A DNA stretch of 64,000 bases, from positions 541 to 64,540 of the forward strand of contig PUPD01000265.1 of NCBI GenBank assembly GCA_003552985.1, given 5' to 3'. Source of the stretch: Spirochaetaceae bacterium. GTDB lineage: Bacteria; Spirochaetota; Spirochaetia; DSM-27196; SLAA01. This document shows positions 1 through 8,469 of the stretch, one piece after another. The notes under the pieces are model-generated. The model saw nothing but the letters and a program-made list of their open reading frames with translations. It had not been told where the DNA came from and made no database searches. The translations under genes and the position numbers were made by a program. Position 1 is the stretch's first letter; every line of letters begins with the position of its first letter.

Positions 1-132
1 TGACATGCATCCTGTTGGTGGCACCCAACCCCCGACCGCGGGACGCGTGCCGCGCTGAGCCGCGCGCCGAACACGATCGCAAAATCTTCCGGTGGTATTT
101 CCCTCGGCGGTGGGGTAGTATCGGAGTCAACC

Positions 133-1575
133 ATGCAGTATCTCAAACGCTTTGGTCTGTGGGCTATGGCCCGTCATCATCTCGGGGCGCTGATCCTGAT
201 CGGCGCCTTCGCGGCGCTCAGCGCCTGTCAGACTGCTGGGCCGCCCCCGGCGCGCAGTGAATCGGCGATCCTCTCGCTTCTCGGGCGCTTTGAGACCGCA
301 GACGCTGCTGAGCTGCTGCAACGCTCGCATCGGCCCTTCGTGCTGGACCGGGAGATTCTGCGCCTCACCCCTGATATTGAGCTGTTCTGGGAGGGGTTGG
401 TGGACGCCGAGCTCGGATTCTCAGAGGCGCGTATTCGGTCGATACAGCCCGTGTACGACGACAGCTACCGCGATTTCGCCGATACGGCTGCAATGCGGCG
501 GCACTTCCGGTCCGAAGTGGTGGCCGAGGACTCGAGCATCGTCGAGATCGAGACGCCCGCGGGTGACCGGTACGCGCTGCTGCTCGGCGGCCGAACCCGC
601 GGTGAGCCGGCCTTGCTTGGGCTACGAGGCCCGCTCGCGCAACTGGCCTCTGTCCGTGCAGGGCGCGTGTCGCCGACCGCCGCTGGTGAGGACGGCGCGC
701 TTGAGCCGGCCGAGGATGATGAGATCAGACCGCGGGTGATCGCCTCCGGTGCCGACGATCACCGTACTCTGGATTTTCCGGGCGGACGGCTACGCTTTGG
801 GGCGCACAGCGTGGCGGCGGTTAGCGAGTATCAGAGTAACGAGCGACGGATTATGAAAGTCACCCCCAGCCTGGGCGAGTTTCGCCTCGAGATCGACCCG
901 CTGCAACCGCCGGCCGGCGGGGGCGATGCGCCGCGGGAGCAGGAGGCCACCCAGTCGGACGAGGCTGAAGCCGCCGGGAGCTCGGACTCGGCAGACGCCG
1001 ATCACCTGCGTATCACGGCTGTCGAGCTCGAGCGGTTTGGTAGCACGGTAACTGTTGTGGTCGACCGGCGCGAACATCCTGTCGGCAGGGCCGACCCTAG
1101 CAGCGAGCTGGTGGTGCTTGCCGCTTCGGACGGGGCGACGATCTTTGCGAGCGTTCGCGGCGAGTTCGCGATTCAAACCGGCGGGCGCCGTGCGAACATC
1201 GGACCGCGCGAGGCGCTTGAAGTTTTGCCCGGCGGTCGCCCGGGTGATAGGCTGCGCTGGATCGGCGATACGATCGGCTACGGCGCCTACGAGCGGGACC
1301 GGCGCGACCGATTCCTCCGCAACCCGGTTGCAGGCCTTTTGCAGTTGCAGCGCGTCATGTCGACATATCGCTCGGATGTGGCCGGTGGCGGTCGGCGCGC
1401 ACCCGGCTCCGCGCTTGCGGCCGAGGCGATGCGCGTATATATGCTGCCGCGGCTCTACGTCGCGATGAAGGTGCACCATTTCGGCGCGTTCGAGGAGCCG
1501 CAGTACCTGAGCTTCGCGGAGGTGTATCGGGCGATTACCGACGAGTACGAGGTCGGTATTGTTCCCCGCTTGTGA
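133..1575 (+). CDS. hypothetical lipoprotein
   Basis: 480-aa ORF. The N-terminus has a hydrophobic signal and a lipobox (LIGAFAALSAC). GGAG lies 6 nt upstream of the ATG. No recognisable catalytic domain. Acidic/Ala-rich linker in the middle. Confidence 0.6.
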   Translation: MQYLKRFGLWAMARHHLGALILIGAFAALSACQTAGPPPARSESAILSLLGRFETADAAELLQRSHRPFVLDREILRLTPDIELFWEGLVDAELGFSEARIRSIQPVYDDSYRDFADTAAMRRHFRSEVVAEDSSIVEIETPAGDRYALLLGGRTRGEPALLGLRGPLAQLASVRAGRVSPTAAGEDGALEPAEDDEIRPRVIASGADDHRTLDFPGGRLRFGAHSVAAVSEYQSNERRIMKVTPSLGEFRLEIDPLQPPAGGGDAPREQEATQSDEAEAAGSSDSADADHLRITAVELERFGSTVTVVVDRREHPVGRADPSSELVVLAASDGATIFASVRGEFAIQTGGRRANIGPREALEVLPGGRPGDRLRWIGDTIGYGAYERDRRDRFLRNPVAGLLQLQRVMSTYRSDVAGGGRRAPGSALAAEAMRVYMLPRLYVAMKVHHFGAFEEPQYLSFAEVYRAITDEYEVGIVPRL

Positions 1576-1651
1576 TCCGGCTTGTACAGCGGTGAGGAGT
1601 AACGTTACACTGGCGGTAAGCATAGAAGCGACAGCCGGATAGGAATGCGGG

Positions 1652-1996
1652 ATGAGTTCAAACCAGATTAGTTTTGACGATTTCTGGAAGGTGGATATGC
1701 GCGTCGGCCGAGTAATCGAGGCGGCCGAGTTTCCCGAGGCGCGCAGCCCGGCGTATCGCCTTCAGATCGACTTCGGCCCCGAGCTCGGGATCAAGGAGTC
1801 GAGCGCGCAGATTACGAAGCTGTATCGACCTGAAGGTCTGGTTGGACGGCAGGTCGTGGCGGTAGTGAACTTCCCCCCGAAACAGATCGGGCCGATGCTC
1901 TCGGAAGTGCTGGTGCTGGGCGTTGAGCTTGACGAGGGACGCGTCCCGCTGCTTACCGTTGACCGCGAGGTCCCGATCGGAAGCCGCATCTCATAA
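1652..1996 (+). CDS. csaA: tRNA-binding (EMAP/CsaA-type OB-fold) protein
   Basis: 114 aa. FWKVDMRVGRVIEAAEFPEARSPAYRLQIDFG ... VVAVVNFPPKQIGPMLSEVLVLG is the typical CsaA/YgjH tRNA-binding domain pattern. Confidence 0.8.
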   Translation: MSSNQISFDDFWKVDMRVGRVIEAAEFPEARSPAYRLQIDFGPELGIKESSAQITKLYRPEGLVGRQVVAVVNFPPKQIGPMLSEVLVLGVELDEGRVPLLTVDREVPIGSRIS

Positions 1997-2011
1997 GGGC
2001 GGCCCGGTCGC

Positions 2012-2332
2012 TCAGAGATCTTCGAGCGTCAGAATCGGAATAACGGCATAGGCCGGTTCTTCGTACGGGTGCGCTTCAATCAGCGCTTCCACGGCCGGTT
2101 TCACCAACGCCTTCGTGACCACAAGCTCTACGCGCCACTCCTCTTCCTTCTCGAGCGTTCCTCGAGATCCGATGTAGGGATCGGCACCTTCTAAGGGACG
2201 AAACTGGCCGAGGCCCTTGGTCTGCCAGGCGCAGGAGTCATACTGGTCGTACTTGCCCGCCCCGGTTGCAAAGATTGCGGTCTTAACTTCTTCCAAATGG
2301 CTCTCGGGAATGTAGAAGATCAATTGATACAT
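2012..2332 (-). CDS. small protein resembling the PII-like insert domain of NIF3/YqfO family (COG3323-like)
   Basis: Trimmed to the internal ATG (MYQLIFYIPESHLEEVKTAIFATGAGKYDQYDSCAW...HPYEEPAY). This pattern matches the NIF3 insert domain. The 13 upstream codons of the ORF track look spurious. Confidence 0.55.
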   Translation of the reverse strand: MYQLIFYIPESHLEEVKTAIFATGAGKYDQYDSCAWQTKGLGQFRPLEGADPYIGSRGTLEKEEEWRVELVVTKALVKPAVEALIEAHPYEEPAYAVIPILTLEDL

Positions 2333-2416
2333 GCGCCTACTGTACCGGGGATTGCTGAATGGCTGCAACACTGCTTATATTTATCGTGCTAAACCTATCC
2401 ATATGCGGTGAACTAA

Positions 2417-5400
2417 ATGCAGCACTACATCCTCGGACTCGATATCGGTTCTGTTTCGGTGGCGGCGGTAGCCGTCGGGAATGACGGGACGATCGTACGA
2501 CACGCATACCGGGCCCACCACGGCCGCATCGGCGCGGCCGTTGAGGAGGTCCTCCGGGAGCTGGCATTGCCGGAACCGGTGGTGGTGGTCGGCACCGGGA
2601 GCGGCACACATCTGATCGAGACCCACGCGCGGTTTCACTGGCAGACTGCGTCGGTTGCCGCTGTCCGGGCACTCTCGGCGCCCGAGCGATTCCCGGCCGC
2701 GATTCTGTTGGTGGGGGGCGAGGAGTTCGGCCTGATCGAGCTCGGCGAGGATCGCGAGTACCGCGGGGCGCGTACCAACTCGAGTTGCGCGGCGGGTACC
2801 GGAAGCTTCCTGGACCAGCAGGCTGAGCGCCTGATGCTTGACGGCGGGCCGATGCTCGCCGAGGCCGCGGCGCGCAATGCGCGTGAGAACGGCGCGGTGC
2901 CCGATATTGCGAGCCGCTGCTCGGTGTTCGCCAAGACCGACCTGATCCATGCGCAACAGGAGGGCTACAGCGTCGAGGAGATCTGCGACGGGCTGTGCTG
3001 CGGGCTTGCGCGAAACCTTGTGGCGACCCTGTTCAGCGATCAGGAGGTGCCGCAACCGTTGCTGTTCGTGGGCGGGGTAGCGTGCAATCAGGCGGTGGTC
3101 CGACACCTCGAGCGCCTGCTCGATGTGCCGCTCGAGCGTCCGGAGCGCCCGGAGCTATTCGCCGCTTACGGCGCCACGCAGGCCTACCGTGAAGCCACCG
3201 CCTCGGGGCGGCTGCCGGCGGCGGAGACCATCAGATCGGCAGACCTGTCGGCTCTGCTGCGTACCGATGCAGCCGAGCGACACGAACCGATGCATCCGGC
3301 GCCGAAGCTGCGGTTGAGTCGCTATCCTGATTTCGAGGGGCACGGACGTCGCGAGTACCCGGCCGCCGGCGAGCGCCGCGTGGAGCTTGACCTCTACGAG
3401 CCGTGGCGCGAGAACCGCCCCAGCCGAACGGGAGGCGACGGTTCGCAGGAGTCGGTGTTCCTGGGGATCGATATCGGCTCAACCAGCACCAAAGCGGTCG
3501 TGCTCGATCGCGACCGGCAGGTACTCCTCGGGCTGTACACCCGCACTGCGGGCAGGCCGATTCGCGCGGTTCAGGCCTTGTTCGAAGCGCTCGATGAGCT
3601 CTGCGCCGAAGAGCAGCGCTCCCTCCGCGTGGATGGCGCGGCAACCACCGGCAGTGGGCGCAAGTTCGTGGGCGCGGTGATCGGCGCCGATACGATCATG
3701 GACGAGATAAGCGCGCACGCGCGCGCGGCCTACGAGCTCGATCCGCAACTGGATACGATCATCGAGATCGGAGGGCAGGACGCGAAGTTCACCACGATGC
3801 GGTCCGGCCGGGTGACCTTCTCGCAGATGAACACCATCTGCGCTGCCGGAACCGGGAGCTTTCTCGAGGAGCAGGCGGCGCGGCTGAACGTGCCGCTCTC
3901 GCAGTTTGCCGAGCGGGCCGAACAGAGCGCGGCGCCGCTGGTGAGCGACCGGTGTACGGTCTTCATGGAGCGCGACATCTCCACCTGCCTCGCCCGCGGG
4001 AATACTCCTGACGAGCTGCTGGCGGCGGCCGCATACGCGGTCACCGAGAACTACCTGCAGAAGGTGGCGGTGCAGGCGGCGATCGGCGAGCGGATCTGCT
4101 TTCAGGGCGCTACCGCCAAGAACCGCGCGCTTGTGGCGGCGTTTGAGCACAAGCTGGGCCGCCCGATCTCGGTGTCGCGCTACGCGCACCTGACCGGTGC
4201 GCTCGGCGCCGCGCTGACGGTGATGGATGAACGCCGAGCGCCGGCGGAGGCGGAGGAACGCCGGCCCCGGGCGGAGGAACGCCGTGGCGAAAGCGCGGCC
4301 CCGGGCGGCCCGGGTACCGGCGATGGCGCAGCGGGCTCTGCCGGCGGCGGATCCCGGTTCCGCGGATTCGGGCTGCATAGGGAGGAGATCCCGATTCGCA
4401 CCGAGACCTGCGAGATCTGCAGCAACCGCTGCCGGATCCGGGTGGCCACCGTAGGCGGTGAGGAGGTCGCCTATGGGTTCATGTGCGGCCGCGACTATCA
4501 CAACGCGCGCTATGTTGAGCGCAACCGCTCGGGCTTCGACCTCGAGAAAGCGCGGCGCAGGGCTTTCTCCGGTGCTACCGGCGTTGAGCGCGAGCACCGG
4601 GCGGGGCAGTCTGCCCGCACCGCTTCCGGCGACGGGGCCTCAATCGAGGGTTTGACGCAGGCGGCCGTCAGGGTGGGGATCCCGCGCGGTCCGGGGATGG
4701 ACGAGGAGCTGCCGATGTGGCGGCGGTTCTTCGCGCTGCTGGGTTTCGAGACGGTGGTGCTTGACGACGGGGAGCAGGTAATCCCTGACGGCCGGCGCGT
4801 GACGGCGGCGGAGTTCTGCGCGCCGATGGTCGCCCTGCACGGCGAAGCGGCGCGCCTGGCGACGCGGGCCGAGTACCTGTTTCTGCCGGTGAAGCTACAA
4901 GACACCGATGCCAAGCGCAAGCGCAAGAACCAGTACTGCTACTACACCCAGTACGCGATGCCGGTTGTGGTCCAAAGCGGAGCCGGCTGGAGTCGTGAAC
5001 GCGTCATCGCGCCGGTGATCTCGGCCGACGGAGGACGCCGCACGCTGATCAACGAGGTGCATCGCGCCTTGCAGCGCACCGTCGTCGGTGGACTCGAACG
5101 TTCAGAGGTGGCGAGTGCCTACCGCGAGGCCTGCCGGTGGTTCACGCGCCGGCGCGCGCGGTTGCGGCGAGTGTACCGCAGCCTCGGTCCTCCCGAGAAT
5201 GACGAGGTGAGGGTTGTGCTGATCGGGCGACCCTACACGGTCCTGAACTCGGCCATGAATAAGCGAATCCCCGCGCTGTTCGGCGAACATGGCGTGAAAA
5301 CTGTTTTCCAGGACATGCTGCCGGTGAGCAGCGGAGCGAGACGCAGTATCGCCGGAGTGCTCGACGCCGTCCACTGGCATTACGCGGTGCAGGTGCTCGC

Positions 5401-7039
5401 CGCGGCAGCCGGAGCGGCGGAGACCGAGGGGCTGTATCCGGTCTTCGTAACGTCGTTCAAGTGTTCGCCGGACTCGTTCGTGATCGAGTACTTCAAGCGG
5501 ATCATGGAGCGGGCCGGCAAGCCGTACATCGTGTTGCAACTCGACGAGCACAGCTCGAGCGTCGGATACGAGACGAGGATCGAGGCCGCCGTCCGGGCGT
5601 TTCGCAATCACCGCAGCGAGGAACAGGCGCGCCCACAGGCGCCCGGGGTCAAGCTTCGTGCAATTCGCAGCGTCCCGGGGGAGCTTGGAGGGTCGGCAGA
5701 CCTTCGGGCACTGCTTCGTAAGCAGCAGGACCGCGTTGAAAAAGGGCGGATCCCGGTGAACCCAAAGCTTTCGCGCCGTCTGCGGAACAACACCGTTCTG
5801 TTTCCGAGCTGGGATCCGATCACCTGTCGGCTGCTGGTGGCTAACCTCCGCCGAGCAGGGTACGACGCGCGGTTGCTTCCTGAGACCGAGCACACGATCC
5901 GAGCGGCGATGCGGCACAACACCGGCCAGTGTCTGCCGGTTAACATCATTGCCGAAGAGTTCATGCGCTATATCCGCGAAAACAATCTCGACCCGTCTCG
6001 TACGGTCCTATGGATGGCCAACGCGGGGGTCGGCTGCAACATCCGCATGTTTCCGTACTTCATAAAGAGCATGCTCGAGCGTCACGGCAACGGGATGGAA
6101 GAAGCGGGAGTCTACACCGGCGATATCTCCCACCTCGAGCTGTCGCCGGCGTTGGCGGTAAACGCGTATTTCGCCTATCTCGCCGGAGGCTTTGTGCGCC
6201 GCAGCGCCTGTCGCCTCAGGCCGTACGAGCTCGAGGTCGGTGCGACCGACCGCGCGGTACAGGATGCGATCGAGATCCTCGAAAACGCGTTCAGCGGAGG
6301 GGAGAGTGTGGAGCGGGCGCTGCACAGAGCGGCGGACCTGTTTGCCGCGGTACCGGTGAGAGCCCACAGCGGACAAAAGCCCAAGGTGGCGATAATCGGC
6401 GACTTGTATCTGCGCGACAACGAGGTTATGAATCAGGACCTCATACAAGCCATCGAAGACGCGGGCGGCGAGGTAGTGACTACCCCGTACAACGAGTATG
6501 TGAAGATCGTGTCGCAGGCCTACTTCGAGAGGATGCGCATAGAAAAACGCTACGGCTCGTACGTCGGATACAGCGCGCTCCTCAGCATTATCGAGGCGAT
6601 CGAGCGGCGCTTGCTCGGCGAGCGGTTCAGCGCCCCGCATCCGTTTACCGATCAGCGTGAGATCGAAGCGACGCTCGAGAAGTTTGCCGTGCGCATTGAA
6701 CACACCGGCGAGACCCATGACAACCTCCTGAAAGTGATACACCTCGTGCGCGAGCATCCGGATCTCGCGCTGGTCGTGCATGCCGGCCCTTCGTTCTGTT
6801 GTCCGAGTCTGATACCCGAGGCGCTCGCCGATCGCATCCGTGAGGTCACCGGCGTGCCGGTGGTGAGCCTGACCTATGACGGCACCGGGACCTACCAGAA
6901 CGACAAGATCGCGCCGTATTTGAGCTTCGCCGCCGCAAGCGGCGACGGCACTGCGACCGGGCGCGGCCCGGCACCTGTTGGGTCGCGGGGCGGCAGTAAG
7001 GCGCCACACCGAGGGGCCGCCGCAGGCCGTCGTGCCTAA
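2417..7039 (+). CDS. giant fusion protein: two BadF/BadG/BcrA/BcrD (HgdC-like activase) ATPase modules plus a Cys-rich DUF2229 / 2-hydroxyacyl-CoA-dehydratase-like region
   Basis: 1540 aa. It has two actin-fold ATPase modules (LGLDIGSVSV at the N-terminus, LGIDIGSTSTKAV at about aa 345), each with a CAAGTGSFL motif. After a low-complexity E/R/A/G linker comes a Cys-rich region (CEICSNRC, FKCSPDSF, GQCLPVN, GVGCNIRMF, PSFCCPS) typical of the 'CoA enzyme activase uncharacterised domain' family. Confidence 0.85.
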   Translation: MQHYILGLDIGSVSVAAVAVGNDGTIVRHAYRAHHGRIGAAVEEVLRELALPEPVVVVGTGSGTHLIETHARFHWQTASVAAVRALSAPERFPAAILLVGGEEFGLIELGEDREYRGARTNSSCAAGTGSFLDQQAERLMLDGGPMLAEAAARNARENGAVPDIASRCSVFAKTDLIHAQQEGYSVEEICDGLCCGLARNLVATLFSDQEVPQPLLFVGGVACNQAVVRHLERLLDVPLERPERPELFAAYGATQAYREATASGRLPAAETIRSADLSALLRTDAAERHEPMHPAPKLRLSRYPDFEGHGRREYPAAGERRVELDLYEPWRENRPSRTGGDGSQESVFLGIDIGSTSTKAVVLDRDRQVLLGLYTRTAGRPIRAVQALFEALDELCAEEQRSLRVDGAATTGSGRKFVGAVIGADTIMDEISAHARAAYELDPQLDTIIEIGGQDAKFTTMRSGRVTFSQMNTICAAGTGSFLEEQAARLNVPLSQFAERAEQSAAPLVSDRCTVFMERDISTCLARGNTPDELLAAAAYAVTENYLQKVAVQAAIGERICFQGATAKNRALVAAFEHKLGRPISVSRYAHLTGALGAALTVMDERRAPAEAEERRPRAEERRGESAAPGGPGTGDGAAGSAGGGSRFRGFGLHREEIPIRTETCEICSNRCRIRVATVGGEEVAYGFMCGRDYHNARYVERNRSGFDLEKARRRAFSGATGVEREHRAGQSARTASGDGASIEGLTQAAVRVGIPRGPGMDEELPMWRRFFALLGFETVVLDDGEQVIPDGRRVTAAEFCAPMVALHGEAARLATRAEYLFLPVKLQDTDAKRKRKNQYCYYTQYAMPVVVQSGAGWSRERVIAPVISADGGRRTLINEVHRALQRTVVGGLERSEVASAYREACRWFTRRRARLRRVYRSLGPPENDEVRVVLIGRPYTVLNSAMNKRIPALFGEHGVKTVFQDMLPVSSGARRSIAGVLDAVHWHYAVQVLAAAAGAAETEGLYPVFVTSFKCSPDSFVIEYFKRIMERAGKPYIVLQLDEHSSSVGYETRIEAAVRAFRNHRSEEQARPQAPGVKLRAIRSVPGELGGSADLRALLRKQQDRVEKGRIPVNPKLSRRLRNNTVLFPSWDPITCRLLVANLRRAGYDARLLPETEHTIRAAMRHNTGQCLPVNIIAEEFMRYIRENNLDPSRTVLWMANAGVGCNIRMFPYFIKSMLERHGNGMEEAGVYTGDISHLELSPALAVNAYFAYLAGGFVRRSACRLRPYELEVGATDRAVQDAIEILENAFSGGESVERALHRAADLFAAVPVRAHSGQKPKVAIIGDLYLRDNEVMNQDLIQAIEDAGGEVVTTPYNEYVKIVSQAYFERMRIEKRYGSYVGYSALLSIIEAIERRLLGERFSAPHPFTDQREIEATLEKFAVRIEHTGETHDNLLKVIHLVREHPDLALVVHAGPSFCCPSLIPEALADRIREVTGVPVVSLTYDGTGTYQNDKIAPYLSFAAASGDGTATGRGPAPVGSRGGSKAPHRGAAAGRRA
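4250..4284 (+). repeat. imperfect 21-nt tandem duplication inside the linker of the giant ORF
   Basis: The core gcggaggaacgccg occurs at 4250-4263 and again at 4271-4284 (AEERRPR / AEERRGE). It is in frame and sits in the low-complexity linker. Confidence 0.6.
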
Positions 7040-7376
7040 CGAGCCTGGGTTTGGGTGCCGCGTCCGGCGAGCTGCGCCCACGAACCAGCCCCACACTGGA
7101 AAGGTAACGGCAAGCAGCACACCTGCCGGAGCGTTGCTTGGCCAAGCTGTTGCGGCCGCACCAAAGACGCCCGTCGTGCAGCGTCTCGCAGTTGGGACAC
7201 AGGACGAATTGCCGCTCGGCCGGCGGCCTTGTGCTGCGCCTGTCGATCAGGATCAGCTTCGGAACGCGCTGGCCCAGCACCAACTCGTTGAATGCCGGCC
7301 CCGGGTTGACGACCCAGTGCAGCGCATCCCATCGTTTCCAGCTTCTTAGCTCGTATCGTTCGGAATCAAACTCCAT
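6846..7376 (-). CDS. hypothetical zinc-ribbon protein (C-terminal extent doubtful)
   Basis: The internal ATG at 7376 is preceded by GGAGG (gtGGAGGcgcaATG). The first ~90 aa look protein-like (MEFDSERYELRSWKRWDALHWVVNPGPAFNELVLGQRVPK...CPNC...CAAC). The R/S/P-rich tail overlaps the 3' end of the convergent giant gene by 194 nt and may not be real. Confidence 0.35.
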   Translation of the reverse strand: MEFDSERYELRSWKRWDALHWVVNPGPAFNELVLGQRVPKLILIDRRSTRPPAERQFVLCPNCETLHDGRLWCGRNSLAKQRSGRCAACRYLSSVGLVRGRSSPDAAPKPRLVRHDGLRRPLGVAPYCRPATQQVPGRARSQCRRRLRRRSSNTARSCRSGRSRCRHRSGSPPARR

Positions 7377-7515
7377 TGCGCCTCCACATGCACTGCCCCC
7401 CTCGGCGCTGTGGGCGTTCTGTCTCGGTTCTGCCTGAACTGGCCGAGTGTCGGCATGCTCAGTGGTAACACAGCCGGAGCTCCGAAGCAGCGGCGAAAGA
7501 ACGCTGTCTACAGGG

Positions 7516-7544
7516 TTGACAAATAAAACCGTTACACTCATATT
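7516..7544 (+). promoter_or_regulatory. candidate sigma70-type promoter of the sulfur-carrier operon
   Basis: TTGACA (7516-7521), 17 nt, then CATATT (7539-7544), in an AT-rich patch 60 nt upstream of the moeB/thiF-like start. Confidence 0.4.
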
Positions 7545-7559
7545 ACGGGCATAAAGACA

Positions 7560-7579
7560 AGTAACTCAACTGAGTTACT
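7560..7579. promoter_or_regulatory. perfect 9-2-9 inverted repeat (candidate operator)
   Basis: AGTAACTCA-AC-TGAGTTACT lies between the putative -10 box and the GGGGAGGA ribosome-binding site of the operon. Confidence 0.4.
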
Positions 7580-7602
7580 GTACTATTGGGGAGGAAACGG
7601 CT

Positions 7603-8448
7603 ATGGCGTTGACTGAAGATCAGATAATCCGGTACTCGCGGCACATTCTGCTCAAAGGGGTCGGTGGGGTTGGACAGGAGAAGCTGCTCGGCTCGCGCGT
7701 GCTGGTTGTAGGAGCCGGCGGACTCGGTTCGCCCGTTTCTCTGTATCTGGCGGCTTCCGGCGTCGGTACCATCGGGGTGGTGGATGCCGACGAAGTCGAC
7801 CTGAGCAACCTGCAGCGGCAGATCGTGCACGACACCGACGACGTGGGGCGGGCCAAGGTTGAATCGGCGGCCGAACGCATCGCCGAGATCAATTCCGATG
7901 TCCGGGTCGAAAAGCATCCGTATCGGCTCAATGCCGAAAACGCGCTGGACCTGGTCAACCAGTATGACTTCATCGTTGAGGGTACGGATAACTTCCCCAC
8001 GAAGTTTCTCGTCAACGACGCCTGCGTGTTCGCCGGCAAGGCTTTCTCGATCGGCGGAATCCTTCGCTTTCAGGGTTCGACAATGACCCACGTCGGAAGC
8101 TCGGCGTGCTATCGATGCGTATTCCGGCAGCCGCCGCCCAAGGACGCCGTGCCGACCTGCTCGCAGGCCGGTGTGTTCGGCGCGGTAGCCGGCATGCTCG
8201 GGACCGTCCAGGCGGCTGAGACGGTGAAGTACCTGTTGGGTCTGGGCGAGCTTCTGACCGACCGCGTGCTTTCGTTCGACGCCCTGACGATGGAGTGGCG
8301 CCGGGTTGAGATCAAGCGCGATCCCAATTGCCCGATCTGCGGCGAGAACCCGAGCATTACCGAGCTGGTCGAGGCTGAGCAGGCGACCTGCGCCTGGCAA
8401 CCGTCCGGCGCGCGCGAGGAAGCCCAAACGGTGCAAACCGGCGTCTAA
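7603..8448 (+). CDS. E1-like adenylyltransferase, ThiF/MoeB/HesA family
   Basis: RYSRHILL..VG..GQEKL, the Rossmann motif VLVVGAGGLGS, DxDxVxxSNLQRQ, and two Cys pairs (CYRC ... CPIC). GGGGAGGA RBS. There is no C-terminal rhodanese domain. Confidence 0.9.
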   Translation: MALTEDQIIRYSRHILLKGVGGVGQEKLLGSRVLVVGAGGLGSPVSLYLAASGVGTIGVVDADEVDLSNLQRQIVHDTDDVGRAKVESAAERIAEINSDVRVEKHPYRLNAENALDLVNQYDFIVEGTDNFPTKFLVNDACVFAGKAFSIGGILRFQGSTMTHVGSSACYRCVFRQPPPKDAVPTCSQAGVFGAVAGMLGTVQAAETVKYLLGLGELLTDRVLSFDALTMEWRRVEIKRDPNCPICGENPSITELVEAEQATCAWQPSGAREEAQTVQTGV

Positions 8449-8469
8449 GCGCCGGGGGGAAGGGTAATC

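Noticed and set aside
3479-7120. Several long minus-strand ORFs (3479-4597, 5102-5917, 6008-7120) opposite the giant activase-fusion gene
   Set aside because: The explanation is the same GC-driven antisense effect. The translations are low-complexity (R/A/G/P), whereas the plus-strand frame carries unmistakable ATPase and Cys motifs.
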